64,000 nucleotides of DNA, taken from positions 868,001 through 932,000 of the forward strand of contig OZ231126.1 in assembly GCA_965153355.1 (NCBI GenBank), given 5' to 3'. How positions within the stretch are numbered: the stretch's first letter is position 1; each line of letters starts with the position of its first letter. This document shows positions 1 to 39,814 of this stretch, piece by piece. Made by a program: the position numbers and the translations under genes. The notes under the pieces are model-generated. The model saw only the letters and a list, made by a program, of their open reading frames with translations, ran no database searches and was not told the origin of the DNA. This DNA is from Flaccisagitta enflata. Lineage: Eukaryota.

Positions 1-283
1 TTTGGGGGAAACAATGATATTGTATACGGTATGATGGCGCTCATTAGCAATGAAAGCCGATGATTGGTAAAACGCGTTAGCGGTAACAGATCAGATGAAA
101 AACAAAAGGTATGCAAAAATCGAAACAGAAAGCCCAAATCATATCATCATATCATATCATATCAGTTGACAATTTGACATTGCAGTGTTGAATCGATATG
201 AATGATTACAGAGACAACTACACGTTAAGCCTGGTAGAAAGTCGAGCAAATGCGTTACAAGAGACAGACAGAAAGACGAATGT

Positions 284-5844
<5,561 letters not shown>

Positions 5845-5848
5845 CTGT

Positions 5849-5930
<82 letters not shown>

Positions 5931-5981
5931 GGTTGTTGTTGTTGTTGTTGGTGTGGTTGTTGTTGTGGTTGTTGTTGTTAG

Positions 5982-6065
<84 letters not shown>

Positions 6066-6091
6066 GGTTGTGGTTGTGGTTGTGGTTGTGG

Positions 6092-6142
<51 letters not shown>

Positions 6143-6329
6143 TTGTCGTTGTTGTTGTATGACAACAATATGGAATATATTTCGAATCTTCTTATTTTAT
6201 GGAATGATTTTGGTCACTATGCTTTGTTTCTTTTTGTTGTGTTCTTGTTTATGCTTTGATTTCCTTGTCATGCAAGGGGCATGTTAAATTGTTTATTTGA
6301 TTGTTCTCCTCTCTTGGGAGTGAATTTTT

Positions 6330-13400
<7,071 letters not shown>

Positions 13401-13761
13401 ACGAGAAGATTTGTATTTCGCAGACAAAAAGGCAACAAAATCAAACGATCGAAAAAAAAGCGAAAAAGATCTGAGAGAGGGGGTTTAAGATGGTGGGTTG
13501 AGATCGACGAGAAGACACAAACAAAAAGCGCATTTGGACAATGTTAACACAATTTACGTTGTCATTGGCCAGCCTATCTGGTTTGCAATGATTTTGTTGA
13601 CGTTGTCATGTTTCACATCATTCATGAAAACATTCTTTTTTTTTCTGGAAATCTAGAGATCTGGGAATCAATCAATCTTTCTGTCAATAAATCCATCAAT
13701 ATATCAACCATTTAATCCATCAACCATTCAATCAACCAATTAACTAATGTATAGATACATA

Positions 13762-13804
<43 letters not shown>

Positions 13805-13822
13805 GATGCCAACCCTTTCCAA

Positions 13823-26357
<12,535 letters not shown>

Positions 26358-26590
26358 TTTCTACACAATTGTGTTTAGTAATGTTTATTTTATTTTATTT
26401 CTTTTTTTTTTTTAATATAATGATTTCAATTTGAATATTTCCGGAGGCAATTATTTCTCTAATCTGCTGATCCTTTTTCGGTTAAATTTTCATAATTCTT
26501 GTCTATTAGTCTATTACTATCAGTATGAAAGCTAGCTAATTCTTTCTGAGCAGCAAGGATGAGCTATTCTGAGTTTTTGCCATGAATCAG

Positions 26591-26623
26591 ACCGGAAGTG
26601 ACGTTCTGGTCGCCGCCATCTTG

Positions 26624-26624
<1 letters not shown>
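26591..26624 (-). promoter_or_regulatory. Candidate promoter motif cluster (ETS-CRE composite and YY1) about 240 nt upstream of the pannexin ATG
   Basis: ACCGGAAGTGACGT followed by CGCCGCCATCTTGG (CAAGATGGCGGCG on the sense strand). Confidence 0.4.
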
Positions 26625-26682
<58 letters not shown>

Positions 26683-27958
26683 AAAAATGAATGTGAAAAA
26701 AACAAACGCGATATTAAACGAATTTTACAATCAAATGTTAATTCAGACTCAATAGAATAATAGAATAATATCCACGATCTGTGAGGCTTGTTTATTTTGG
26801 AATAAATAGATAAGCGCTAAACAGGGAATAATCTGGCCGTTTTCCTCTTCATCATCTTTTAATTTTTTTCCGTTAGGGTCCATCTCATATTACAAAACAT
26901 GGCAAAGGGAAAGCGAAACTGCTGATTGGTTAAAACTACTATATCATCAATGATAGAATATAGAAAATATTTTTACCTGATCCACAACTTTTTACTGTAT
27001 TCTATGTTTTTTAGAACTATGAAAATGATGATTTTCATAACAAATTAGATAACTGAAAGAAAAAAAAAATCAAATAGATATTTTCTCAGATATCTAAGCT
27101 ATGCAGATTTTACATGAATAACAAACAAACAAAAAGGAATGTCCCTGAAGAGTTGTGAAATGTGACACGCGACACGCAACATGCGACACGCGACTCTACA
27201 GCCTGTCATGTCAGTTAGTCGGTCAGTCCATCCATCTATTTGCCAAACGTAACATTTCTGAAGTAAGAGCGGTTTTTGCATTTCTGCCCCGGCCCATCTA
27301 TCCGCAACTGTCCTGCCGTGTATCCGGCCTTGTTCATTTATAAACCAGATTGAATTTTTTTTTTGCTCTCAATATATATATATTTAAATGCAATACATAA
27401 TTATCCTAATTTTCAGTCAAATAGAGGTTTTTCTCTTACCAGTATAGATAGATTTCTATCTACCATTTTACCTCTGTGTTTATTCTTATTTCCTTTTCCA
27501 GTTATTATTTCTTTTAGCTTTTTTTTTTCTCTTATTTCAACAATCCTACAATTTATCAATAAAATCATGTGTGAATTTTGAGACGTTCCCTAACGCATTT
27601 TGCGGTTTCTCAGCACGCGTGCGTAGCAGACGATTTTTGGCTCCATCGCAGCAGTAGCTGCAGCAGCAGCCGCAGACGACCCCGCGTTCCTCCACAGCAG
27701 CAGCAGTAGAAGAAGCAGCAGAAAAGACAGCAGCCGCATGGAAAGAGATTCTCCTTCCTTTTCCTTTATTTTCCTCCTTTTCTTTTTAAAATTTCTCTCC
27801 GTGTTCTCCTCCTCTTCCTTGTCCTCCTCTTCCTTGTCCATCTCTTCCTCCTCATCCTCCTTTTCATCCTTTCCTTCTTTTCCACCTCTTCCTCTGCTTT
27901 TCTCGGTCGCAATTTCTTTTCTTTTCTTTCCTCCTTTCCTTTTATACCTTCTCACAGT

Positions 27959-28535
27959 GGGCCTTAATTGGATATGAGTTCGAAAAATTCCTCGATGGTA
28001 GTGACTCGTGTAAGTTGGTACAATTTTTAGTGGAGAATAAATGTTGACCCTTAAAAAAAAAACTTTCCCTTAAAAATGACTAAAGCGTTTTGAATTTCTC
28101 AAATATTTGATTGTTTTTTGAATTTCTGATTCAAGATTCATTTTCATGATAAAATTTACAATCATTTGATAGGTCACGCTTTATAGTTTTATCAATAAAC
28201 AAAATTTCCAATTTCTATACTACCATTACAAAAAAAGTAACGGTGGCCTAAAACATGAAAATCTTATTTTTTCATGAAACTATATAGTATGACCTATCAA
28301 TTGATTGGAAATTTTACCAGGAATATGAATCTTGAATCAGAGTTTTAAAATAGATATATCCTTCAGATCCATATGAAAATATTAGGGAAAATTGATAATT
28401 TTTAATGAATTTTACAAAAATTTTCAAGGGAAATTTTTTCTAAAGGTCAACATCAATTCTTCATAATGAATTGTACCTACTTATACACATCACTACCATC
28501 GAGGATTTTTTTGAACTCATATCTAATTAAGGCCC
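27959..28535. mobile_element. Foldback MITE
   Basis: gggccttaattggatatgagttc ... gaactcatatctaattaaggccc; near-palindromic; internal sequence shared with the element at 53235-54042. Confidence 0.7.
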
Positions 28536-28594
28536 GCTTTGTTCATTCTTTCCCCTCTAACTTTTATCCAAGTCTATTTAACAACAACAACCAA

Positions 28595-28695
<101 letters not shown>

Positions 28696-29044
28696 CATCA
28701 ACGATCTTGTCGAGGTTGTTAACTGAGCATTGGATGATTAGGAAAAAAGTTCAAGATCGCACACTTTTGCATGAGTTGTATTCTATGAAACCTAAAAAGC
28801 AGTGTATGCAAGATTCGTTAACAGCAACACTTTTTTTACCGATAAAGCGGCTAATCGCCGTAGGAAAAAAAGTCGTAAATGATGGGACTTGCATGTTTGA
28901 GGACGGCGCTAAATTAAGCCTTAAAGTGAAGCTGCCAATACAGAAATAACTATGTACAAAATCTCTCATGGAACAATAAGTTGAATGCCTCGAAGGCGGG
29001 TATGCCTTATGAGCGGGTGCGCTCTAGCTGTGCTCCACTGTGCT

Positions 29045-29141
<97 letters not shown>

Positions 29142-30102
29142 ATGTTGTTTTGGACAAGCACATTTCGTGATTCCTTTTTGGGCAGCGGCCCCAAAGGGGC
29201 CAATATATAGGGGAAAAGCTCCCGCACTCGTTGCCTAGATAACCTCCTTATTCACTAGCTGATAGGTTCATCAGATCTTTTTTTCATATTTTGTTATTCC
29301 CTAAACAGAAAAGAGAGAAATTAGGACCGCTGTCCTAATAGTGAAGAACAATATATGCTGAAGGCACAATTCGCGGTTTCCTAGGCGGAGCATGGGTAAA
29401 ATAAGCCATTTTTGAAATCAAATAAATTCAACATATCTATACATCATTGTGAAGGTAATACATTACTGTATATAAATTCACAATTGAAATTTGTTAGCAG
29501 GGTCAAATCTTTATGCAAATTAGGTTATAATGACAACATTTGAAATTTTCCTTTTTTTCAAAATTTAATCATTTGATGAAGTAAGATTGACCAGTAAAGG
29601 TCTATATTGGTGCAAATACTCAGGGGTAAATGTTTTTGCGCTATATCGATCAATGTGCAGGTGTAGTTTTGAATATTATTGAATGCAAAGACCCAGAAAG
29701 TCCAAAATATCAATATTTTGCATGTAGACTAAACAGTCATAAACACAGCGACTTTAAAGACTGGATCTATGAAATTTGAATCTAATATGTATCTATCTAA
29801 AAACCCTTACTAAAATCTGACATTATTGAAATATATCTATTTACATATATGTATATATCCATATATATTTGAAGGTTCTATACCTGCCCGCATTGGTGTG
29901 AAAACTACCAGATGTAAAGATTGTGATTAAGATCATGCCGAATGTCTTTCTAACAAAATCTCTCTGAAATAAAAATTGAAAATTTTCATAGATATCCTTC
30001 ATTCATTCATTCTTTCTATCTATCTTTCATTCTTTCTTTCTGTCTTTCTATCTTTCTGTCTTTCTTTCTTTCTTTCTTTTTTTCTTTCTTTCTTTCTTTC
30101 TC

Positions 30103-30142
<40 letters not shown>

Positions 30143-30411
30143 TTTTTCTTTCTTTCCTTCTTTCTTTCTTTCATTCTTTCTTTCTTTTTTTTTTTTTACT
30201 CTAGCTTTCTGAATGACGAATTTGGCTAGATGTCGTCTGTCGATTGGTGAAATATGATTCTAATAACCACAATAATTGCAATTCTATCATGGTATCTTCT
30301 TTTCCTTTTTCTTTTTCTTCTTCTTGTTCTTCTTCCTCTTCGTCTTGTTCTCTTTTATCTCTTTTATCTCCTCCATCTTCTTCCTTTTCATCTTCTTCTT
30401 CTTTGTTTTCT

Positions 30412-30466
<55 letters not shown>

Positions 30467-33400
30467 TTACTTCTTCTTTTACTTCTTCTTTTACTTCTTC
30501 TTTTACTTCTTCTTTTACTTCTTCTTCTACTTCTTTTTCTACTTCTTCTTCTCTGCTTCATCTCCTTTATCTCCTCTATCTTCTTCCGTTTCATCATCTT
30601 CTTCGTTTTCTTCTTAGATCCGTTATTGCGTGATGGAACTGCATCTCTCTCTCTCTCTCTCTCTGTGACAAAAATGTAGAAAAGTGATTCTACATAGTAG
30701 AACTGGACAAAGTCGGCGTAGGCGTTACTGTCGGCATAGGCGTCAGTTGACTGAAGATGAGACAAAAGAAGTTTGACAGAAGTCATCCTGAAATACTTTT
30801 TAATTGATGACACGTGACTCCACACCCTGTCATGTCCGTTGGTAGGTCAGTCCATCTATCCATCCGTCCACCAATGTCCAGAATTTGCAAGTTTTTTTTT
30901 AGACGCAGACACTACTCTACACCGGTCGGTCTGTCTGTCGGTTGGTCAAAAATATTTCTAAACTTGCGAGCAAATTTCGCATTACTGCTCCTGCCCATCT
31001 ACCCGTGATTGGATTGCCTTGTATCCAGCCTTGTTTTTCATTATTGCCCATGCCCAAAAGGTAGGGGTATTTTACATTCCTATTGAAAAGTTTTCCTGTT
31101 AATGCAGCAAAACACCTTCAATAGTCGTATTTTCAAAAGTCATTTTTTGTGTAAAATGAAACTAAGATTCAAAAATGCGAGTTCAAATTTTGGCAAAAGA
31201 GTATCTTGGACTTATCACTCTTAGTTTAATCTCTTTAGTCGCTAGCCAAGTGAATCTATGAGGCTTTATATAGTACTCTTGTATGGTATTAGAGGCTCTT
31301 CTCCTAAGAAGGTTCGGAAGTTTGAAAGATGATATTAGATCTCTGCGTAAGATCTAGTTCAAACCATCGGTGGAAATTTCAAGGATGTCAGATCTCCGCG
31401 CGAACAATCGGGTTCAAATTGTTGGTGGAAATTTTCCATATTTCGAAAAACAAATTTGAAGCTTCTCTATTAACAATGTATTGACATAATGGAAATGATT
31501 AGACGTTTTTGTACAACATTGGAATACCCCTGATTTATCTTACAGTTAATCAGTCCTTTCTCTCTATTTAGCCTCTCCTGCTCATCGTCATCCCCACCCT
31601 CATCCTTTGTTTCTCTACTTTCTTGTGTCTCTTTGTCTCATTTCTGTATCACCTGATGAATACAATTTTCCAATGTTGTACAAAAGGGTCTAATCATTTC
31701 CATCATACCAAATCTACAACCGTCCAACTTTCACTCTAATTCCCTATTGACGCATTGAAATACTGTTGTTTGTCATCTCGCTCGAAACATTATTCCATTA
31801 AGCTTGAACAGAAACAAGGCTGGATACACGGCAAGACAGTCGTGGACGGTTGGGCAAGAGCAGTAATGCAAAAACTGCCCAGAATTCAAAAATGTGATGG
31901 ACAGACCGACATACCGACGGACCGACACGGCAAGGTGTAGAGTCGCGTGTCCGCGACTAAAAAGAACAAGAAAAGTTGTTTATTTTTTTAGTCGTTTTTA
32001 TTTGCAGACACGCAAATCTTTAAGAGGCTTTGTCCGACTGTCCATCCATTGGTCCGTCCATCAGTCCGTCCTTCTGTTGGTTGGTTAGTCGGTCAGTTGG
32101 TCCGTCCATTGGTCTGTCCGTCCAAACGTGAGCCCGAGTCGAAAAGCGGAAAAACAAGCGTTTTAGAACCTTTTTGAGCAGGTGTCTCTGTTGGAAAGGG
32201 GGTTAGGTGGGGCGTTGGGTGTGGATGAGTTGGCTGCCCCTGCCCACCCGTCCGCAACGTTATTGTGACCATGCATAACGTTATTGCAATAAGATGGAAT
32301 TGTTACTTGAATATATCTGAAGCTTACTTACTTCGTTTTTCAAAATCTTAGAGCAATTGTAGCGGAATCTGAGAAAAAACATCAAAAATACAAATAATTT
32401 TGCTGTTTTTACAGCATTTCACAGCATATACCGATACTAATTTTCGACATCTAACGATCAACTCTTTCCAAAATAGTGTCCCTAGACCAGTTACACTTAT
32501 TTTGAGTACGGGTAAATCAATGCTGCAGTATATCAAAGAGAAATACTGAAAAAAAAACAGTAAAGAATGCTGTTTTTACAGCATTTTACAGCAATAATTC
32601 AAATTCAATCAGGAAATTTTAGAGAATTTAGTATGAAGTGATAAAATAAGTATTCCCGATGCCCATCCCATTGTTGATTTTTACCTCCTGTTCTTTTTTT
32701 GACAGCCTAAAGCCTTCAACAATGCGTGGCTTTAAAAAAGATTGAGGCAGCTATAAGAAATGTGTCCACACCTAAAGACATTGAATCACAAAAATACTCA
32801 TAAATCGAGAATGCCTTGACTGAGGGACTTGAAATTTTAGGGTTAGACGCAGAATTTGATGCTCTTTCAGACCATACCCAGTGCAAACTACCCTAGTTTC
32901 TTATAATGGGTCTCAATACTAGGAATCACAGCGTGACATAAGCGTGACAGGGTGTGGACACATTTCTTATAGCACATTGAAATTTTTATATTTCTAGATT
33001 GAGACATGGCAAAGTCATGAAATTTGGCATGAACACTCTCATATGTCTTTACTAAACGGGCAAAAAAGAAAAAGTTGATAAAATCAAAGAAAGATGATGT
33101 TTTTTTATCAACAATTGGAATTTTTCCCAAAAATCGTCAAAAATAGTACTATTAAAAAAATTTAAGAAATTGAAATTTTTCCATTATGAACAAGGACCTG
33201 TCAACAAAAGATTTCAAGTCCTCAAAACCATAACCAGGACCAATGAAAATGTTCCATATCTTCATATCACATCATGTTTTTTTTTCAAATTTTACAGTGA
33301 TTATAGTCAGTGTGACCTAAATAGGACATATAGAAATTGGTCAAATCAGCCCTTTTTCGGGTCTTATATCCTAATGATATATCGATACTGAAGAAAGTAG

Positions 33401-36073
33401 CTTGTTACCACAGTGCTACTTGATGTCCCTGACCACCTAGGGAAACTTTTCTCAAAAAAGAAATTGAGAAAGGATACTTTATATGTCATCTTATAAGGGT
33501 ATTTCCTTGGCCCGGAGAATCCCGAATTTTGCCTGAATTAAAGTTCTTATCGTGAGCTCAATTGGGCAAGTATATCTAATTTTAAAGTGCCGGGACTAGG
33601 AATACAGAAAGGAAATTGTTCAAAATTATCTTTTATTTCTGATGACTTAAACTTTCACACACAGGGGAAAGTTCGCCTTCTTCTTTTTCTCCTTCTCCAT
33701 CCATCCACCCCCTGGAGTCAAAAATCCCTGCCTTTAGACACAAATCCCTACTTTGAGGCTCAAATCCCAGCCTCAAGGATCAGATTCCACCCTCGAGACT
33801 CAAATCTCAGCTTCAAGACTCAAATCCCAGCCTCGAAGCTCAAATCCCAGCCTTGAGACTCAAATCCTAGTCTCCAGGCTCAAATCCTAGCTTTAAGGCT
33901 CCAATCCAAGCCTCAAGGCTCAAATTCCACCCTTGCGGCAATCCCAACCCTTGAGTTTAAAATCCCAGCCTCAAGGCTAAAATCCCTTCCTTGAGGCTCA
34001 AATCTTTACCTTGAGGCTCAAATCCCAGTCTCAATGCCTCAATCTAAGCCAAGCTCCTCATTGGCTCCTCATCACTGGCTCCTCCAGGGCCGCTGCCCCT
34101 CTCACTACCACATCCTAACATACGCTGACTTTGGGGCAACGGTTACCGCTGACCATCTGACGCTTTTGCGATTACTTTTTCTTGCATTTACAAATCAGCA
34201 ACAACAACAACAACTACAACAACAATGTTATTAATATCGGATGATATGGAAAAAAGTCCAAGATTTAGCTCAAGTTGTACTCAATGAAACCTGAAAAGCG
34301 GTTAATGCAAGATGTAAGAAATAACACTTATTTTGATGATGATGTATAAATTGAATATTTGAAATATATCTCGAGAGAAAAGTGCTATATCAAAAAGGAT
34401 TTCACTATGATAAAAGTGGTCTGATAGTAAAAGCAACTGTAATATCATTAATGAAAAAAAATTGACTCACATCACATATTGTTTGTCATTCATGAAAGGT
34501 ACTATGATTGCTCAATGCCTACCTGTCTACAACTTGACATCGATGTTTCAAATTTTTCAGCATGTAAGAAATAAAGTCAATCATCAATTATCATGAAACT
34601 TGGGATAGTGAACATTAAATCAATTCTTTAAGAAATAATTGTTATCAAAATCAAAATCAAAACATGTTTAGAAAACGCGCTTTCGGAATAAACAAGGCCG
34701 GATACACGGCAAGACAGTTGCTGACGGTTGGGCAGCGGCCGTAATGCAAAAACCGCTCATAATTCAAAAGTATTTGTAACCGCCGTACCGACCGACACAG
34801 CAAGGTGTAGAGTCGCGTGTCGCGACTAAGAATCTACAAGAAAGGATTACAAATGCCAAGAATGTAAAATCAAAGAGGGCGTGTTTCGCATGTCTCTATC
34901 TTTATCTCATTTCCCTTTATCTTTCATGTCTCTATCTCTATCTCTCCAGGGCGTGTTTCTAGTGATGACAATGATTTCAATCATTTACCGTTAATTCGTA
35001 TGTCTCTATCTTTGTCTCATTTCCCTTTATCTTTCATGTCTCTATCTCTATCTCATCAAGGCGTGTTTCTAGTGATGACAATGATTTCGATCATTTACTG
35101 TTAATTCGTATGTCTCTATCTTTATCTCATTTCCCTTTATCTTTCATGTCTCTATCTCTATCTCTCCAGGGCGTGTTTCTAGTGATGACAACAAACGCGA
35201 TTGTTCCCGTTAAACACATTTATAGCGTGAACATATACAGATTTCAACCATCCCAGTGATCCCACTACAGTGCGGGCGAAGTGAGTGAGGGAGCCCATGA
35301 ATAGAGTGAGTGAGCCAAGCGAGCATAGTGCTATAGAACGAGTGAGTGGAGTGAGCTCTACAAGCGAACAAACATAGCGAGCGACCAAGTGGCCCTTTCA
35401 AAACGGGATTATCTTGTCTAGAAACAGGCCCAGATAGTTTTCAAACAAGGCCGGATACACGGCCGATACCAGTTGCGAACAGGTGGGCAGCGGCGGAAAG
35501 GCGCGTTTTTACACTTTCCAACTCGATCATTATGGACGGACCGACGGACCAATGGATGGATAGATGGACGGACGGACAAAGCCTCTTATAGAGTTGCGTG
35601 TCCGCAACGAAAAATGAAACGCTGCAAATAATGCATACAGGTGATATCGAAAGCAACAGCGAAACACGACCTAAATCACTCTTTATCATTATAGGGTGGC
35701 ACCAAAGACCGTCACGTATAGAATTTGTCATGATGACTCATGAACTTAAAAACAGAATGTTAAAAAAAAAAACAAAAAAAAAAAAAAAAAACAAAAAAAG
35801 AAAAAAAAAAAAAAAAAAACAAGCATGACTGACAAATCTGAAATTATACGTACACATGTGCTCTCTACCAGAAGCTTTCTCGAGTAAATAAATGAAAGTC
35901 CTTTTGTCTATCTTTGTAAGAAATGAAATTAAGATATTGTAGATGGACTGACATATCAACGAACGGAAAACCACTGAAAAACTGGGATGGATGCATACCA
36001 GAATTAGTCTTGAAAGCAATGAGAAAAAAGTCGTGTTCTATTGCATAGAATCAACGCACCAAGAATGATCTTT

Positions 36074-37966
36074 TCACCACTCAATCTGAAACTTGATTGC
36101 TTGCACTATGATAAAGATGAAAACGGCGAGGAGAAATGTTATAAATGCGGCACCCACGAAGCCTCTTGTCAACCGTTGATATTCTTGCGCCTCAGACACC
36201 TAAAAGAGAAACATCTGTAATAACCATTGATCATTTCAGAAAAAGGTCATATCCTCAATCAAAACAAACATGTATCAAAGTATTACAAGTTTCCTGGTTG
36301 ACCTGAACCAATCACTTTTATTTTTTGTAAAAGACAACTTAAAGGTCAAAAAGCACAAAACGCAAAAAGAAAACTAGTGCTTATGGTTTCTTCAAAAAAT
36401 AAAAAGAATTGTTTCCGTAAAAAATTATAAGAAAGCAGTTTCAATACTGTAAAGCATTGTTTCAGGGATCAATCGTTTTCTGCAACAAAGTGTTAGATGA
36501 TATGATTATTTGATTCTCGGATCCGTTGTGGCGAGTCGTAACTGTACAAAAAAGGGAGGCGGAAGTTTTTGAAAATCTTAAAGCAACTTTTATTCTAAAC
36601 CAGTCCCAGCCTTTTTGCTGTTTTTATCGAGGTTTTTGGAGGGGATGGTGCATACAGAATGATTAATTTGAACTGGCAAAAAAATGATTATTATCATTTT
36701 CAAACAGTCCGATACTTGATGCTTCAAAAACTTTTTTTTTGGTCTAAATAAAAAAATGTGTCCACGACATAAATTTTAAGCACTGCATATCCTCACAAAC
36801 AATTTGACCTAAACCAACGTGATCTTGACAGTAGGAATATCAAAAATTTGATTTTAAGACAAAATCTGGTAACAAAGCTATTTTTACCAGTTGAATTTGA
36901 TCACCCCGTAACACGAAGCTTACATTTCCATTTTTGAGAGCTTCTCTCGTTCGTATCGCGTTGAAGAGAGCCACAGAACCGAGACAAAACCAATTGCAGA
37001 AGATGCAAGAAAAGATGGCCAATGGTAAATATCCTTGTCTGATGCCCGATCCTGGGGCCAGGGGCACAAACTGGGTATTAGCTGGCACTAAGGTTGGCGC
37101 CATTGTTACTTGTTGATAATTGACGGTAGAAGAAGGAGCCAATGTTACGGGTGCGTAGTTGATATGGGTCGGGGTTGCTGCCGGTGGTGGCGGGTAAGGC
37201 GTAGATACTGATGGGTAGGGCGTTGTTGCTAACGGGTAAGGGCTTGTTGTTGATGTTGGTGGGTAAGGTGATGGCCCAACAGGGCTCGGCGCGTGGAAGT
37301 TGACGTGTCCCGCACTTGCTGATGGTTGATATGGGTTTGGTGTCAACCCCATGGACCCAAAGTTGGTATGGGTAGGAGTTGATGCTGATAGGCAGGGATG
37401 TGGACACCGGACAGTGGACAGAGGGTGACACCACGCTACCTCTGAGCTATCCCCCCCCGTGACACCTCGTGAAAGGTGAGTTCTGGGGACCTGGGGCCCT
37501 TCCGAGAAAAATATTTTTTTGAAAATGGCTTTTCAATTCATTTGATTGAAAATTTTGTGATTAAGTGTTTAAAAAATAACATGAGGCCCATGAAAGGCTG
37601 ACAAAATGTCAGTGACAAGGGACTCTTGCAAGACCCAATTTTTTTGTTGAATTCGTGTATCTTTTATCATTTGACTTTATGCAAAAACAACAATTATAAT
37701 TGGACGCACTACGAAATCGAATAGGGGGCTGTAAAAGAGCAAGTTAGGGGGCCCAGCAGTTCTGTCCACATCCCTGCTGTTGGGTAAGGGGTTGGTGCCG
37801 GTGAATAAGGAGATGATCCTGTAGGTGGCTGGAACGGGGCATGTCCTGGCCTGGCCTGGCCTGGACTCGGTGTTTGGTTATAACTAATCTGTCCAGAACT
37901 CATTGATATGACGGAGTCGTAATCAGGAGGAGGAGCTGAAGGCTTTTTCTCCACATCGGAATCCAT
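36074..37966 (-). CDS. Pro-rich CD225/dispanin-family (PRRT/IFITM-like) membrane protein, about 259 aa
   Basis: Exons 37774-37966, 36924-37384 and 36074-36199. N-terminal PPPDY (PPxY) motif and P/Y/T-rich repeats. CD225 domain GYLPLAIFSCIFCNWFCLGSVALFNAIRTREALKNGN|VSEAQEYQRLTRGFVGAAFITFLLAVFIFIIV. Intron 2 is canonical; the intron 1 donor is non-canonical (see findings). Confidence 0.85.
37393..37776. mobile_element. hAT-type non-autonomous element forming intron 1 of the CD225 gene
   Basis: 14-bp perfect TIR CAGGGATGTGGACA ... TGTCCACATCCCTG; 8-bp target-site duplication (TSD) ctgatagg (37385-37392) and ctgttggg (37777-37784), 6/8 identical. Confidence 0.8.
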
Positions 37967-38257
37967 TTTTAAAGTTAAATTCTTGTCTGAAATGTAAAAT
38001 CTATGACTCTTCTAAGTCAATGAAAGTCATGTAGAACTGTTGTTGTTTGTTGTCCATATCCACAACTTTCATATTTATAGGAGAAATATGTATAGGCACC
38101 AAGAATCGATGTGAGATGCACATTTAGCGCAGAAGCAGCGTTGTAGTGGTTGCATGAATTGCTCCAGTGGCAGAAATTGCTGGGACCTCTAAACATTTCT
38201 ATTCGGTTCCTCGTGATTGCCCTTATGTTTGGCTTTGCATCACCCGATTCTCGTTTA

Positions 38258-38439
<182 letters not shown>

Positions 38440-39016
38440 GTGCACAACAGCAAAATCAATAAATATTAAGTTTTTAGCCAAAATTGCTTGTTTTTTCAAA
38501 GAAAACTCATAATGACACTTCCCCTAGCTACTATTATACTTCACATTTGAACTCCAATTGGCAATTTAAGGTTTCTAGCAGCCAGTGGTGATTAGGCTGC
38601 ATGGTTTTATAAAAGGTAAGAAATGACCATCTCAACATTGATCTTCACTTTTTTTGTAAAATAAGCCAACCGATATCACCACTTCTTGTTTTTTAGTGAT
38701 AACAACATAATGATAAGCATTTAAGGCCAAAATGAGAAAAATCCTTGCTGCTTAGAAGCTGTAACTGAATAAAACGAATATGAAACACTTTTTTCAGCAT
38801 TTTTTCAGTAAAAAAACAGACTCACTGTACCCCATCCATATCCCCAAAATAAGACCTGTTGTCTGTTCAATGTAGAGGGCTACATGAACAGACTTTAATC
38901 ATAAGGGTAATGCTACAGAATAAACATAAGAGCACTGTTGCTAATGTTTTTGACTCGATGTCAGGACTCATCCAAAAACGGCTGAAGTGCTCTACTCTCT
39001 ATCTCTCTCTCTCTCT

Positions 39017-39062
<46 letters not shown>

Positions 39063-39079
39063 TTCTTTCTTTCTTTCTT

Positions 39080-39428
<349 letters not shown>

Positions 39429-39546
39429 AGAAAGAAGAAAATAAAGAAAGAAAGAGAGAAAGAGAGAAAGAGAGAAAGAAAGAAAGAAAGAGAGAAAGAG
39501 AGAAAGAATGAAAGAGAAGAGGAAAAAAGGAAAGAAGGAAAGAAAA

Positions 39547-39589
<43 letters not shown>

Positions 39590-39592
39590 GAA

Positions 39593-39688
<96 letters not shown>

Positions 39689-39814
39689 AACAAGGAAGAA
39701 AAAAAGAAAGAAACAAAGAAAGAATAAAGAAAAGCAGAAAGAAAAAAAGAAAGAATAAGAAAGAAAAAGAAAGAAAGAAAAAAAGAAAGAAGAAAAGAAA
39801 AAAGGATAAAAAGA

